From positions 38,998,001-39,062,000 of the forward strand of contig OX597828.1 of assembly GCA_951406725.2 (NCBI GenBank): DNA of 64,000 nt. The letters are read 5' to 3'. Position 1 is the first letter of the stretch, and each line of letters opens with the position of its first letter. The stretch comes from Octopus vulgaris (Eukaryota). A program made the translations under genes and the position numbers. Below, piece after piece: positions 24,577 through 35,757 of the stretch. The notes under the pieces were generated by a model, which saw only the letters and a list, made by a program, of their open reading frames with translations, searched no databases and was not told where the DNA came from.

Positions 24577-24622
24577 AACACTAAGTTTCGGCTGATATAC
24601 CCTCCAGCCTTCATCAGGTGTC
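24577..24622 (-). ncRNA. Minimal type I hammerhead ribozyme with intact catalytic core
   Basis: Minus strand reads gacac-CUGAUGA-a-ggcug-gaggguauau-cagcc-GAAA-c-u-UA^-guguu. Stem I (gacac/guguu) and stem II (ggcug/cagcc) pair. Confidence 0.8.
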
Positions 24623-24882
24623 TTGGGGAAATTTCGAACCTGGGTTCTCATTCCTAAGGTATTTTTCGATGGTGGTGGTGATGGCGGTGGCAATGATGAT
24701 GTTGTTCAGGTCACTGCCTGGAATCGAACACTACGCCATATGCCCGTGGGCATATGGCGTAGTGGTTAAGAGCACGGGCTACTAACCCCAAGATTCCGGG
24801 TTCAATTCCAGGCATTGACCTGAATAATAATAACATTGAAAAATACCTTAGGAATGAGAACCCAGGTTCGAAATTTCTCCAA

Positions 24883-24925
24883 GATATCTGATGAAGGCTG
24901 GAGTGTGTATCAGCTAAAACGTGTT
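24883..24925 (+). ncRNA. Mutated hammerhead copy (GAAA changed to AAAA)
   Basis: gatat-CTGATGA-a-ggctg-gagtgtgtat-cagct-aAAAc-gtgtt; mirror of 24577-24622. Confidence 0.65.
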
Positions 24926-25025
24926 AACAACAAACAAGATGAGGACAAATATCTGTCAAATGTAAATAATGTTTGTTGTTTTTTCTCTTTTTTAAAATTT
25001 CTGTTGTTTAAACTCTGTATTTTAG

Positions 25026-25113
25026 GTTGGGATATTGCTGTTGCTTTGATGGAAATAAATGAAGTTGCTGAATTAAAATGTGATGCTAAATATGCTTATG
25101 GAAGCCAAGGCAG
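25026..25113 (+). CDS. FKBP8: FKBP8 coding exon 3 (FKBP domain)
   Basis: tttag|GT..AG|gtaagt; (G)WDIAVALMEINEVAELKCDAKYAYGSQG(R); 88 nt, phase 1 to 2. Confidence 0.95.
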
Positions 25114-26133
25114 GTAAGTTTAACATAAATTGGTTCAGGTATTATTTTGTAACTCATTGATTCAGCAGTGTGGCACTTTAACTACCCTACTAGGGCTGAG
25201 TAATTTAAGTTCTAGACCTCTGATCTGAAATTTATGCTTGAAATGGCTTCCATATCTCCTTCAGATCTCATTGTATTGTCTTAAAAATAGCACAACAAGA
25301 TAGGTTTCTTGCTGTAGAGGAATTACATTGTGACCCACATTATAGAAGAGTGGGTGGGAGTAACTGGGGGTGGAGCTGAAAAGAGATTTAAAATAGTGAT
25401 GAAGCATTGGTGGACCTTGGAGGTACAAGACGGTCACTAGAGGTGAGTGGGGACAGAACAAGAAGTTAAGGTAAGTAGAGTTTGCAAGAGTATATGGGGA
25501 GAGTGAGGGATGGTTGGAGTTGGGGAATATTTGAAGGGGAAAATATAATGAACAGGGGTTGAGGAGTGTTTGATGATAAATATATGGTTTGATTGATAGC
25601 ATTGATGAAAGACGTTAAAAGAAGTACCATGGTATGGTACATCTTTCAAAGAAGAAGTATGCTGAGGATTATATTAAATGGTAGAAACTATTAATCTAAA
25701 GGGAGTTTGTTAAGACTAAATTAAGGAAACGGTTACTTTGTAATCCAAGAAATAAATGTCTCCCTGATCTTCAAGGAGTCATAAGAGGCAGTATGTTAAT
25801 TGAATGAGAAATAAATCCCATTTGCCTTGAATTGAATGTTGGTTTATCTTAAGTAATATCAGGTTCTTAGTCTGAACAGCTGTGATAAGATAAGGTACAT
25901 TGTGTTTAGTGTACTGTCTTAGTAACACAACAAATTACTTGCTATAGACTTGAATTCACAAAGCTGATATCTGATAGTCCAATACTTGATCCATTGGTAT
26001 AGTTACTATATCATCTTTACTCTATCTACACAGTAGTCTACAATAGAATATTGTATGTAAGGAATTGAGGATTCATTTTTTGTTGTGTATTTTCTGATTT
26101 GTATTACCAACTGTCTTTTGTGATATATTTTAG

Positions 26134-26244
26134 ATTTCCTGATGTACCAAGTAATACAGCCATTGTTTACACCCTGGAACTACTCGACAAAGAACCAGGA
26201 CCAAATTACAGTTTCATACCACTAGATGAAAGGCTTCTCCATGC
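26134..26244 (+). CDS. FKBP8: FKBP8 coding exon 4 (end of FKBP domain, linker)
   Basis: tttag|A..GC|gtgagt; (R)FPDVPSNTAIVYTLELLDKEPGPNYSFIPLDERLLH(A); 111 nt, phase 2 to 2. Confidence 0.95.
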
Positions 26245-27430
26245 GTGAGTATGGCATTGGTGCCATTTGATTGCTGCTTCTTAGTTTATCAGCTACTCCC
26301 TACATCAATATATGGCCCTCCCAAGTTCTCCTGTCCCATGCAGTTTTGCCTGACAGCTTCCAGTTCTTTTCCATGTTGCCTGTTTAGAAAATTATTGAGA
26401 TGATTCTTGGTTGTATTGATTCCCAGGAAATTGAGGTCCCTTTGCATCCTTGGACAGCATGAATACTCACAAGAGTATTGTGTTGCGGCCCTTTGTGTGT
26501 GAATGTGTGAGTGGGTGTGTTTGCATTTGTCTGTCTTTGAAATAAGGTGGTGTCTGTTTATACCGTGTAACCTAGTGAGGCAACAAACAGCAATGGTTAA
26601 AATAAATACCAAACTTAAAAACGAATACTGGAGGTCAATGTGACCAATAAAAAAAAAGACCTTTCAAACGAAGTGCCCCAGCATGGCCATGGTCCAGTGA
26701 CCAAAACAGCTAAAAGAGTAGAAGAATCCCACCAAGATGAATAGTGACATCATTAATGAGATTACTTAGCTATGAAATCCTGCCTGTATCCTACATGCCA
26801 CAGTGTCACTATATTTTGGTTGTTCTTCCAAGGTTGACTTTGCCTTTCATCCTTTCAGGGTTGATAAATTAAGTACCAGTTGCGTACTGGGGTCAATCTA
26901 ACCAACTGGCTCCTCTCCCAAAATTTTGGGCCTTATGCCTAGAGTAGAAAAGGATATATTTTGGTTGCTAGCAATCTTAAGACTCCTTCAGTGAATCTGA
27001 TCATTATAATTCCTCTGATATCATCTCAACAACATTTCATGTTTATATCTTTCTGAGATGATTTTTTTTTTTTAATTCTGATGTTTATTTCTTCACATGA
27101 CATTTCAATTACTATTCTACCCAGCCACCTTCAGCTGATACTTCTGAGCTACTTTACCTCATGCTGGACGGTGCTGATGTAATGTTTAGATCGATATTCT
27201 AATCACATTGTCTTCAGATGTTACTCTTGAGCTGTGCTAAAATCTATCACCTGAAGACCAGGACAAAGAATATCAAATGTGATGTTGTGTTAGCAACAGA
27301 TTCAAGATGTGGAAAAAAAAACCACAAAAAAAGCAGTACATTTCATGTCATTCATACAATATTTATGTTTTTTTTTTATCATCTTTTTTTTTTCTTCCAT
27401 TTTTTAATTTTCATCTTTTTCATTTTATAG

Positions 27431-27505
27431 ATCTGTCAAAAAAGAACGAGGAAATTATTTATTCGCTCGAAATGATTTTCACGGTGCTATCAACTCTTAT
27501 ATAAA
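27431..27505 (+). CDS. FKBP8: FKBP8 coding exon 5 (TPR1)
   Basis: ttatag|A..AA|gtgagt; (A)SVKKERGNYLFARNDFHGAINSYI(K), with the K-x-x-GN carboxylate-clamp motif; 75 nt, phase 2 to 2. Confidence 0.95.
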
Positions 27506-28139
27506 GTGAGTATTCTTGTTTCTTTTCATTTCCAGCAGTGGTGGCGGTTGTTGTTGTTGTTCTTCTTCTTCCTTTCTTTCTTTCTTTCTAATTTTGGTAC
27601 AAGGCCAACAATTTTGAGGAGAGGGAGGAACCCTGGAAAAATGTAAGACAAAGTTGACCTCTGCAGAATTTGAATGACAAAGAGTTGGAAAAAATACCAC
27701 TAAACCTCTTGACTTAAGCTCTAATGCTTCTGCCGGTTGCCAACATTTCTCCACCACATCCATTTTTCCATGCTTACACAGGTTGGATGGATCTACTCCA
27801 GCACAGTTATTTGCCATTTGTTTTAGGTTATTTGTCATCGGATCAGCTTTCATTATTTCTGCCTGTACCTTCTTTGGCCTTTCTCTTCTACGAGTTTCTT
27901 CTACTTGGATCCCTTGGCATTTCTTTTCACAACCATCTTCCTTCTTATGTATCACATGTCCATACCAGTGTAGTCTCCTTTTTCACAAACCACATCTGAT
28001 TCCTCTTATACACAGAAATCAGATGTAGTGTGTAAGAGAGGAGCTCATTCATGCTCTGTTATTCATTCACACTTACATTGCACATCCTGCAGAGTATGTT
28101 CACCTAGTTTCTTTTCAGCCTTCGTACATAAACATTTAA

Positions 28140-28361
28140 TCCTTTTGTTACCATATTTCTGCTGAGATGCTCTGTGTTTTTTTCAATTAATTTTAAATAT
28201 AACAAAGAATTTAGTAAAATAACTTAGTTATCATTAAGCCAGTGTTAAGAACATAAATTGTGACTAAAGTTTGGTGGAAGATTTTAATTCAAACTTTATG
28301 AAAACAAGACATTTGTACTACAGAGCCAGAGACGGTTTCAGCCGGGTTGGTATCAAAAGGG
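28140..28361. mobile_element. piggyBac-type (TTAA) MITE; related copies near 37.4, 40.04-40.25, 40.30-40.46 and 42.46 kb
   Basis: TTAA at 28136-39 and 28362-65; TIRs (t)ccttttgttacca / tggtatcaaaaggg. Confidence 0.85.
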
Positions 28362-29553
28362 TTAATGCATGTACAGAGAGAAGAAAGAAAAGTTTCTTCC
28401 CTTCTGCAAATTTTCTCTACTGTTCTTGATGTTGGACTATTTTCTGCTTCTTTCTAGTTGGCTCCCTGTTTTTTTTGCCCCTCTTCTGATTCCCTTGTGG
28501 GTTCATATGTTTCTCTGAAAGAAGACCTGCCTCTCCCAGATCTTGTTAGTTTGGAATTGTCATCAATGCTTCTGTAACTGTTTTTTTCTAGTAGGGATGT
28601 TGGTCCTGTGTTAACCCATTTTTACTTCTGGGAAGTGTCAATCCATATTAGTTTGGCATCTATCCTTTGACCTGTCCAGCATGGGAGGTCCTTACAAGGA
28701 GCTTGTACTCCACTGGCATAGCTCTCAGGGTCATTGAGGTATATAACCTACCACATGGAAATAAGGACCAGACCTTATGATGGTCCTACATCAATTGGTG
28801 AACAGTTTTTTAATGTCCAGTCCCTAACTGTAGTCACTGTCTACCTTTCATACTGCTTAATGTTATTCGTGCTTGGATATTACGCACACAAGGCTGTGTG
28901 TGAATGATGTAACAGCACCAAACAAGCATTTAATAATAACTTTTATTTTACCGCATAAGTAATATTAAAGTAAGTCATGAATTATAAAGTTCCACTATAA
29001 GTGAGCACAATTGAAGGAATAATTCAGTAGTGTTCATAAATAGTTGATTACAAAAGCTCTGTACTAAAGTTTGTCAAGACTGAAGAAAATATATACACTA
29101 GCTTCATATCAGTCAAGTATATTGACATAGCCAAGTTGAACAGAAAGTCATTAAAATGTCTATTATAAACGGCAAGAGTGTGTGTGGAGCTGGACTACAG
29201 GTTACTAAGCACTCTGAAAGATGGTGCTAAAAACAACCTTTATATAATAACCCTTGTATTGAGACGTTCTAGAATGATCTAGAAAAACCTGTCGCGTGAA
29301 ATCTGGCTGCTGATTGGTTAACTCGACCTTTCATGTGAACAAGGTTGTTTCGTGTTGTAACTTAAGCTTCATAATTTAACGACTCAGTTTCGAGTTTTGT
29401 CACATTATATATCCAACAGATCATACTTAACTCATCTCTCTCTCTCTCTCTCCTACTTCTTCAAATGTTTCCTCATTCAGTGACCACCACACCTCCCTAC
29501 TCTACAGCAGCAACATATTTCTTACACATGTATTATTGTTATCTCTGAAACAG

Positions 29554-29665
29554 GGCCATTAGTATTATTGATCAAGAGGATAATTTGGATATAACGGAGA
29601 AATCAGACCAGATTCCTGGGGAAAAAATTAAATGTTTTAACAACTTGGCAGCTGCTCAAATAAAG
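29554..29665 (+). CDS. FKBP8: FKBP8 coding exon 6 (TPR1/2)
   Basis: cag|G..AAG|gtaaat; (K)AISIIDQEDNLDITEKSDQIPGEKIKCFNNLAAAQIK (cf. human KCLNNLAASQLK); 112 nt, phase 2 to 0. Confidence 0.95.
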
Positions 29666-30359
29666 GTAAATATAACTTCTTTAGTATTTCCAACATTTGT
29701 TCTATTTATATCTGTTTTGTTACTGTTGTCATGGTTACTTTTTTTTATGTTGTAATGTTACTATGGTCATTTTCATGATGCTGCTCTGGTCTGCTTCGTT
29801 ATCTCATTGTTGATATGGTCATTCTTTTTTTTTTTTTATGTTACTATGATCATGTTTGTATCCCTTTAAGCAGACTAAACCAACCTATCAGGTTTCCATT
29901 TTATTTCAAGAAGGAAGAAAATGTTGATTTCTTCATGAAAATATAAAATATAGGAAATATACATACATACATATATGCATACACACACACACACATATAC
30001 ATATATAGAAATACTAATACACATGTTTACATACATACACATATATTGGCTTTGAATTTTGCCACAAGGCCGGCCAAATACAGAGAGGAGTTAAGTCAAT
30101 AACATCAACCTCAGTATTCAACTGGTACTTATATTATAGACCCCAAAAGATGAAAGGCAGAGTTGACCTTGGAAGAATTTGAATTCAGAACATGAAGATA
30201 GACAACATGCTGCTAAGCATTTTGTTTGGCATGCTAACAATTTGGCCAGCTGACCGTCTTAATACACACACACATACATATATTAGTATGGAAAATATAG
30301 TATATCCAAAAATACAGTTACTTTTTTACATAAATATAATTAAGACAGTGTGTGTGTGT

Positions 30360-30930
30360 ATCATCATCATCATCGTTTAACGTCCGTTTTCCATGCTAGC
30401 ATGGGTTGGACGGTTCAACTGGGGTCTGGGAAGCCAGAAGGCTGCACCAGGCCCAGTCTGATCTGGCAGTGTTTCTACGGCTGGATGCCCTTCCTAACGC
30501 CAACCACTCCGTGAGTGTAGTGGGTGCTTTTTACGTGCCACCTGCACAGGTGCCAGACGAGGCTGACAAACGGCCACGATCGGATGGTGCTTTTTACGTG
30601 CCACCGGCACGGGGGCTAGCCGAGGCTGGCAACGGCCACAATTGGTGCATTTTACGTGCCACCGGCATGGAGGCCAGTCGGGGCGGTGCTGGCAACGGCC
30701 ACGTTCGGATGGTTCTCTTACGTGCCATCGGCACTGGTATCACAGCTACAATTTCCATTGATGTTGATCGATTTCGATTTTGATTTTCATTTTTTCATTT
30801 TCACTTGCCTCAACAGGTCTTCACAAGTAGGGTTTGTGTCACAAGAAGGAAAGGTATGCATAAGTGGGCTGGCTACGTCCCAGGTAGAGGCCATGGGTTA
30901 TGGTCTCACTTGTCCTGCCGGGTCTTCTGT
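30360..30930 (-). mobile_element. RTE-LINE 3' UTR copy, inverted relative to the adjacent array
   Basis: (CAT)n at 30360; sequence is the reverse complement of the units at 31191-33113. Confidence 0.85.
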
Positions 30931-30948
30931 ATATATATATAAATATAG

Positions 30949-33113
30949 TTGAACCTAAGAAGCGTCAGTTGTGGTGTGCAAGAGAGACGGCTGCGCTGGT
31001 ATGGTCATGTGACGAGAAAGGCTGAAGATAGTTGTGTGCAAAAGTGCTACACCCTAGCAGTTGAGGGAACCTGTGGAAGAGGTAGACCCAGGAAAACCTG
31101 GGACGAGGTGGTGAAGCACGACCTTCGAACTTTAGGTCTCACTAAGGAAATGTCTAGAGACCGAGACCTATGGAAGTATGCTGTGCGTGAGAAGACCCGG
31201 CAAGACTAGTCAGGCCATAACCCGTGGCCCCTACCTGGGACGTAGTCAGTCCTCCTGTGCATACCTTCCTTCTTGTGACACTTATGAAGACCTGTTGAGG
31301 CAAGTGAAAATCAAATCAAAACAAATCAAAATAGATAAACATCAGTGGAATTGTATTCCTTGTGGTACCAGTGCCGGTGGCACACAAGAAAACCACCCAA
31401 ACGTGGCCGTAGCCAGTACTGCATCGACTGGCCTCCGTGCTGTGGGCACAACAAGCACCATCTGATCGTGGCCGTTCGCCAGCCTCATCTGGCACCTGTG
31501 TCGGTGGCACATAAAAACACCATCCGAAGACCCGGCAACGTAGTCAGTCCACCTGTGCATACCTTCCCTCTTATGACACTTGTGAAGACCTGTTGAGGCA
31601 AGTGTGTGACACTTGTGAAGACCTGTTGAGGCAGAGGCAAGTGTGTGACACTTGTGGAGACCTGTTGAGGCAAGTGTGTGACACGTGTGACACTTGTGAA
31701 GACCTGTTGAGGCAAGTGAAAATCAAACCAAATCAAAATAGATGAACATCAATTGAATTTGTATCTTTGTGGTTCCAGTACCGGTGGCACACAAGAAAAC
31801 CATCCGATCGTGGCCGTTCGCCAGCCTCATCTGGCACCTGTGTCGGTGGCACATAAAAACACCATCCGAAGACCCGGCAACGTAGTCAGTCCACCTGTGC
31901 ATACCTTCCTACTTATGACACTTGTGAAGACCTGTTGAGGCAAGTGTGTGACACTTGTGTAGACCTGTTGAGGCAAGTGAAAATCAAATCAAATCAAATC
32001 AAACCAAATCAAAATAGATGAACATCAATGGAATTTGTATCTTTGTGGTACCAGTACCGGTGGCACACAAGAAAACCATCCGAACGTGGCCGTAGCCAGT
32101 ACCGCATCGACTGGCCTCTGTGATGTGGGCGCATAACAAACACCATCCGATCGTGGCCGTCCGCCAGCCTCATCTGGCACCTGTGTCGGTGGCACATAAA
32201 AACACCAACCGAAGACCCGGCAAGACTAGTCAGGCCATAACCCGTGGCCCCTACTTGGGACGTAGTCAGTCCACCTGTGCATACCTTCCTTCCTTCTTGT
32301 GACACTTGTGAAGACCTGTGAAGACCTGTTGAGGCAAGTGAAAATCAAATCAAATCAAATCAAAATAGATGAACATCAATGGAATTTGTATCTTTGTGGT
32401 ACCAGTGCCGGTAGCACACAAGAAAACCATCCGAACGTGGCCGTAGCCAGTACCGCATCGACTGGCCTCCGTGCTGTGGGCACGCAACAAACACCATCCG
32501 ATCGTGGCTGTTCGCCAGCCTCATCTGGCACCTGTGTCGGTGGCACATAAAAACACCATCCGAAGACCCGGCAAGACTAGTCAGGCCATAACCCGTGGCC
32601 CCTACCTGGGACGTAGTCAGTCCACCTGTGCATACCTTCCTTCTTGTGACACTTGTGAAGACCTGTTGAGGCAAGTGAAAATCAAATCAAAACAAATCAA
32701 AATAGATGAACATCAATGGAATTTGTATCTTTGTGGTACCAGTGCCGGTGGCACACAAGAAAATCATCCGAACATGGCCGTAGCCAGTACCGCATAGACT
32801 GGCTTCCGTGCTTGGGGGACGTAACAAACACCATCCGATCGTGGCCGTCCGCCAGCCTCATCTGGCACCTGTGTCGGTGGCACATAAAAACACCATCCGA
32901 GCGTGGCCGTCTGCCAGCCTCGTCTGGCACCTGTGTCGGTGGCACATAAAATCACCCACTACACTCTCGGAGTGGTTGGCGTTAGGAAGGGCATCCAGCT
33001 GTAGAAACACTGCCAGATCTGACTGGCCTGGTGCAGCCTTCGGGCTCCCCAGACCCCAGTTGAACCATCCAACCCATGCTAGCATGGAAAACGGACGCTA
33101 AATGATGATGATG
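30949..33113 (+). mobile_element. RTE-LINE RT C-terminus followed by about 5 tandem ~340-350 bp copies of its 3' UTR and a (GAT)n tail
   Basis: ORF 30949-31209 (RLRWYGHV..GRGRPRKTW). Units restart at gaagacccggcaa near 31191, 31527, 31868, 32211 and 32562. Confidence 0.88.
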
Positions 33114-33115
33114 AT

Positions 33116-33712
33116 ATATATTGGTATGGTCATGTACTACTGATGGATGAGGAGAGATGTGTGAAGAAGTGCCACTCTCAAACAGTTGAAGGAATCTGGG
33201 ATAGAGGTAGACCCAGGAAGACATGAAATGAGGTGCTCAGGCATGACCATCGAACGTTGGGCCTCACAGAGGCAATGACAAAAGACCGAGACCTCTGGGG
33301 ATATTCTGTGACTGCGAAGACCTGACAAATGAAGTGAGTTCACAGCTCATAGGACAGCCTGCTGTGCTTACCTTGGATCGTAGGGTGACCTGCTGTGCTT
33401 GAGGAGACCTATTGCGTCAAGTACATCAACATAAAAATCAAATGGAAATTGTAGTTGTGATACCTGTGCCGGTGGTACGTAAAAAGCACCATCCGATTGT
33501 GGCCATTGCCAGCCGCCTCTGGCCCCTGTGCTGGTGGCACGTAAAAAGCACCCTCTACACTCACAGAGTGGTTGGGGTTAGGAAGGGTTTCCAACTGTAG
33601 AAACACTGCCAGATCAGACTGGAACCTGGTGCAGCCTCCTGGCTTCCCAGACCCGGTCAAACTGTTCAACCCATGCTAGCATGGAAAATGGACGTTAAAC
33701 TGAAGATGAGGA
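33116..33712 (+). mobile_element. Older RTE-LINE 3' fragment
   Basis: Degenerate WYGHV..RGRPRKT coding remnant plus the same 3' UTR. Confidence 0.8.
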
Positions 33713-33781
33713 TATATGATTATGGTACCTCAGTTGAGACACCAGAATTTAGTACGTTATTATTCATACAATTCTAATCAC

Positions 33782-33849
<68 letters not shown>

Positions 33850-35183
33850 GGAGGTAGAATTAGCACAGAAGTAAGTCTAAGACCTTTCAATTTAAGAGGG
33901 AATTTAATAAAAGATTATATAAATAAAAATATTACCGGTTTCAATATATTTTATCTTATGAAATACCGGTAAAAATTTATAAAAATTTGAAGTAAAAACA
34001 GTTTATCTTCTGTCTGGTGGTCATATATATAACAATTACTTTTTTTTACATAATTATAATTAAAACAATCTGTATATGTGTGTGTATGTGTTATATAACA
34101 TCATCATCATTTATCATCTGTTTTCCATGCTGGCATGGGTTGGAGCTGGATGCCCTTCTGGTTGCATTCTTACTACCTAGAGAACCATCTGTGTCTTGTG
34201 TGGAAAGTGAATATTTACTGCAAAGAGTCGAGTGATTTTGGAAGTAAGGGTGGAAAGGTATGAGGAATGCTAGTTTGGTTCAGTTGATGGTGGAATGTAA
34301 TCAAGTAGTTGTGGGGATTAGCAGCAGTTTGTGTGTGTGTGTGTGTGTAGGAGGACAAAGGGACAACTTGGGCTATCCTAATAACCTTTTTGTAATGAAA
34401 TACATATTGGATGATTACCACTCTTGCTCTTAAAGGCTCTCTCTGGACAAGTTAACCCCCTGATGCTAGTGGTCATTTTCACCTGAGTGGATTTGTACAA
34501 TGTAAAATGAAGTGCCTTGCTCAAGGAAATGATGCACTGCCCAGTCCCAGAACTGAACTCACAACTTCACTGTCATGAGACTAATACCCTAATCACTGGG
34601 CCACACACTTTCAGTGACAGTGATACTAGTACTTTTTTATTAGCTTCAGTCAATTAACTGTGGCCATACTGGTGCGCCATCTTGTTAATTAGGGAGTGGG
34701 GAAATGAATGAAAAGGAGGAGATAACTCAGTGGAAAAAATTTGTGTTTAGATTTAAATTGGTAGATCAACCAACCATGCCCATCCTGTCTGTCTTTAAGA
34801 GATACTGTGTCCTTTTAAACCAGTAGGGTGTATGTAATTTGAGGGAGATTTGGCTGCTATTTCTAACAAATCAAGTGACCATGTGGAGGGTCTCGTTGGT
34901 TTAGTGTAATCCAGTGGTTGTAGGATGTATGTGGGAGCAAGGTATTGTAATTACCAATCAGCATTGGTCTCAAAATAACAATATTGGTGAATTGTTTGTG
35001 TACTTTGTTGTATTGATTTTCCATACAATTTATTTCCCTTACTGAACTTTCCTGTATACAAGTTGAATTTTTCAGAAAAAAATTTACACCCCACCCACCA
35101 CAAAAGATGGCTCTCTCTTTCTGTATACATACACACACACACACACACATACATACATACATACATACAAACATACATACCAT

Positions 35184-35520
35184 GAAGGCACATGGCTCAG
35201 TGGTTAGAGCATCAGACTCACAATCATGAGGTAGTGAGTTTGATTCCTGAACCAGGCTGAGTTGTGTTCTTGAGCAAGACACTTTATTTCACGTTACTCC
35301 TGTTCACTCAGCTGTAGAAATGAGTTGCAACATCACTGGTGCCAACCTGTACCAGCCTTTGCCTTTCCCGTGGATGACATCAGTGGTGTGGAGAGGGGAG
35401 GCTGGTATGCATGGGCAGCTGCTAGTCTTCCATAAACAACCTTGCCCAGACTTGTGCCTTGGAAGGTAACTTTGTCAGTGTAATTCCATGGTCATTCATG
35501 ACCAAAGGGGATTTTTTTAC
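35184..35520 (+). mobile_element. tRNA-derived SINE
   Basis: A box tggctcagtggttag, B box gagtttgattcc, then 'ttgagcaagacacttt'. Confidence 0.75.
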
Positions 35521-35667
35521 CCTATATGTACCAAAGTGACTTTGAAGGACCAAAAATTCCATGTGAAATGCTGTAGGCTTTGGCGAGATTGTGATGATTG
35601 TCTCGGAGTCTATTTTATCTTTTTCTCCTTTAATAAACATCAAAATGTCTCTCTTTTGTTTTTGTAG

Positions 35668-35757
35668 ATTGAAAGATACTGTGAAGCTATCAAATCTTGT
35701 GAAGAAGTGTTAAAACATGACCCAAATAATGTCAAAGCCCTGTTTAGAATGGGAAGA
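35668..35757 (+). CDS. FKBP8: FKBP8 coding exon 7 (TPR2/3)
   Basis: tttgtag|ATT..AGA|gtaagt; IERYCEAIKSCEEVLKHDPNNVKALFRMGR; 90 nt, phase 0. Confidence 0.95.

Larger units (their letters stand above)
24521..24972. mobile_element. Head-to-head inverted dimer of a tRNA-derived SINE carrying a hammerhead ribozyme
   Basis: Central palindrome ctacgccatatgccc-gt-gggcatatggcgtag. Right copy has A box tggcgtagtggtt, B box ggttcaattcc, body, hammerhead and a tgtaaataa tail. Left copy is the reverse complement with an internally deleted tRNA head. Confidence 0.88.

Noticed and set aside
24748-24820. Apparent tRNA gene
   Set aside because: Acceptor and anticodon stems do not close properly, and it continues into a repeat body. 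It is a SINE head; the same applies near 3335-3407 and 35184.
31575-31720. Short direct repeats resembling a CRISPR array
   Set aside because: No unique spacers, eukaryotic intron, and the units derive from a LINE 3' UTR.
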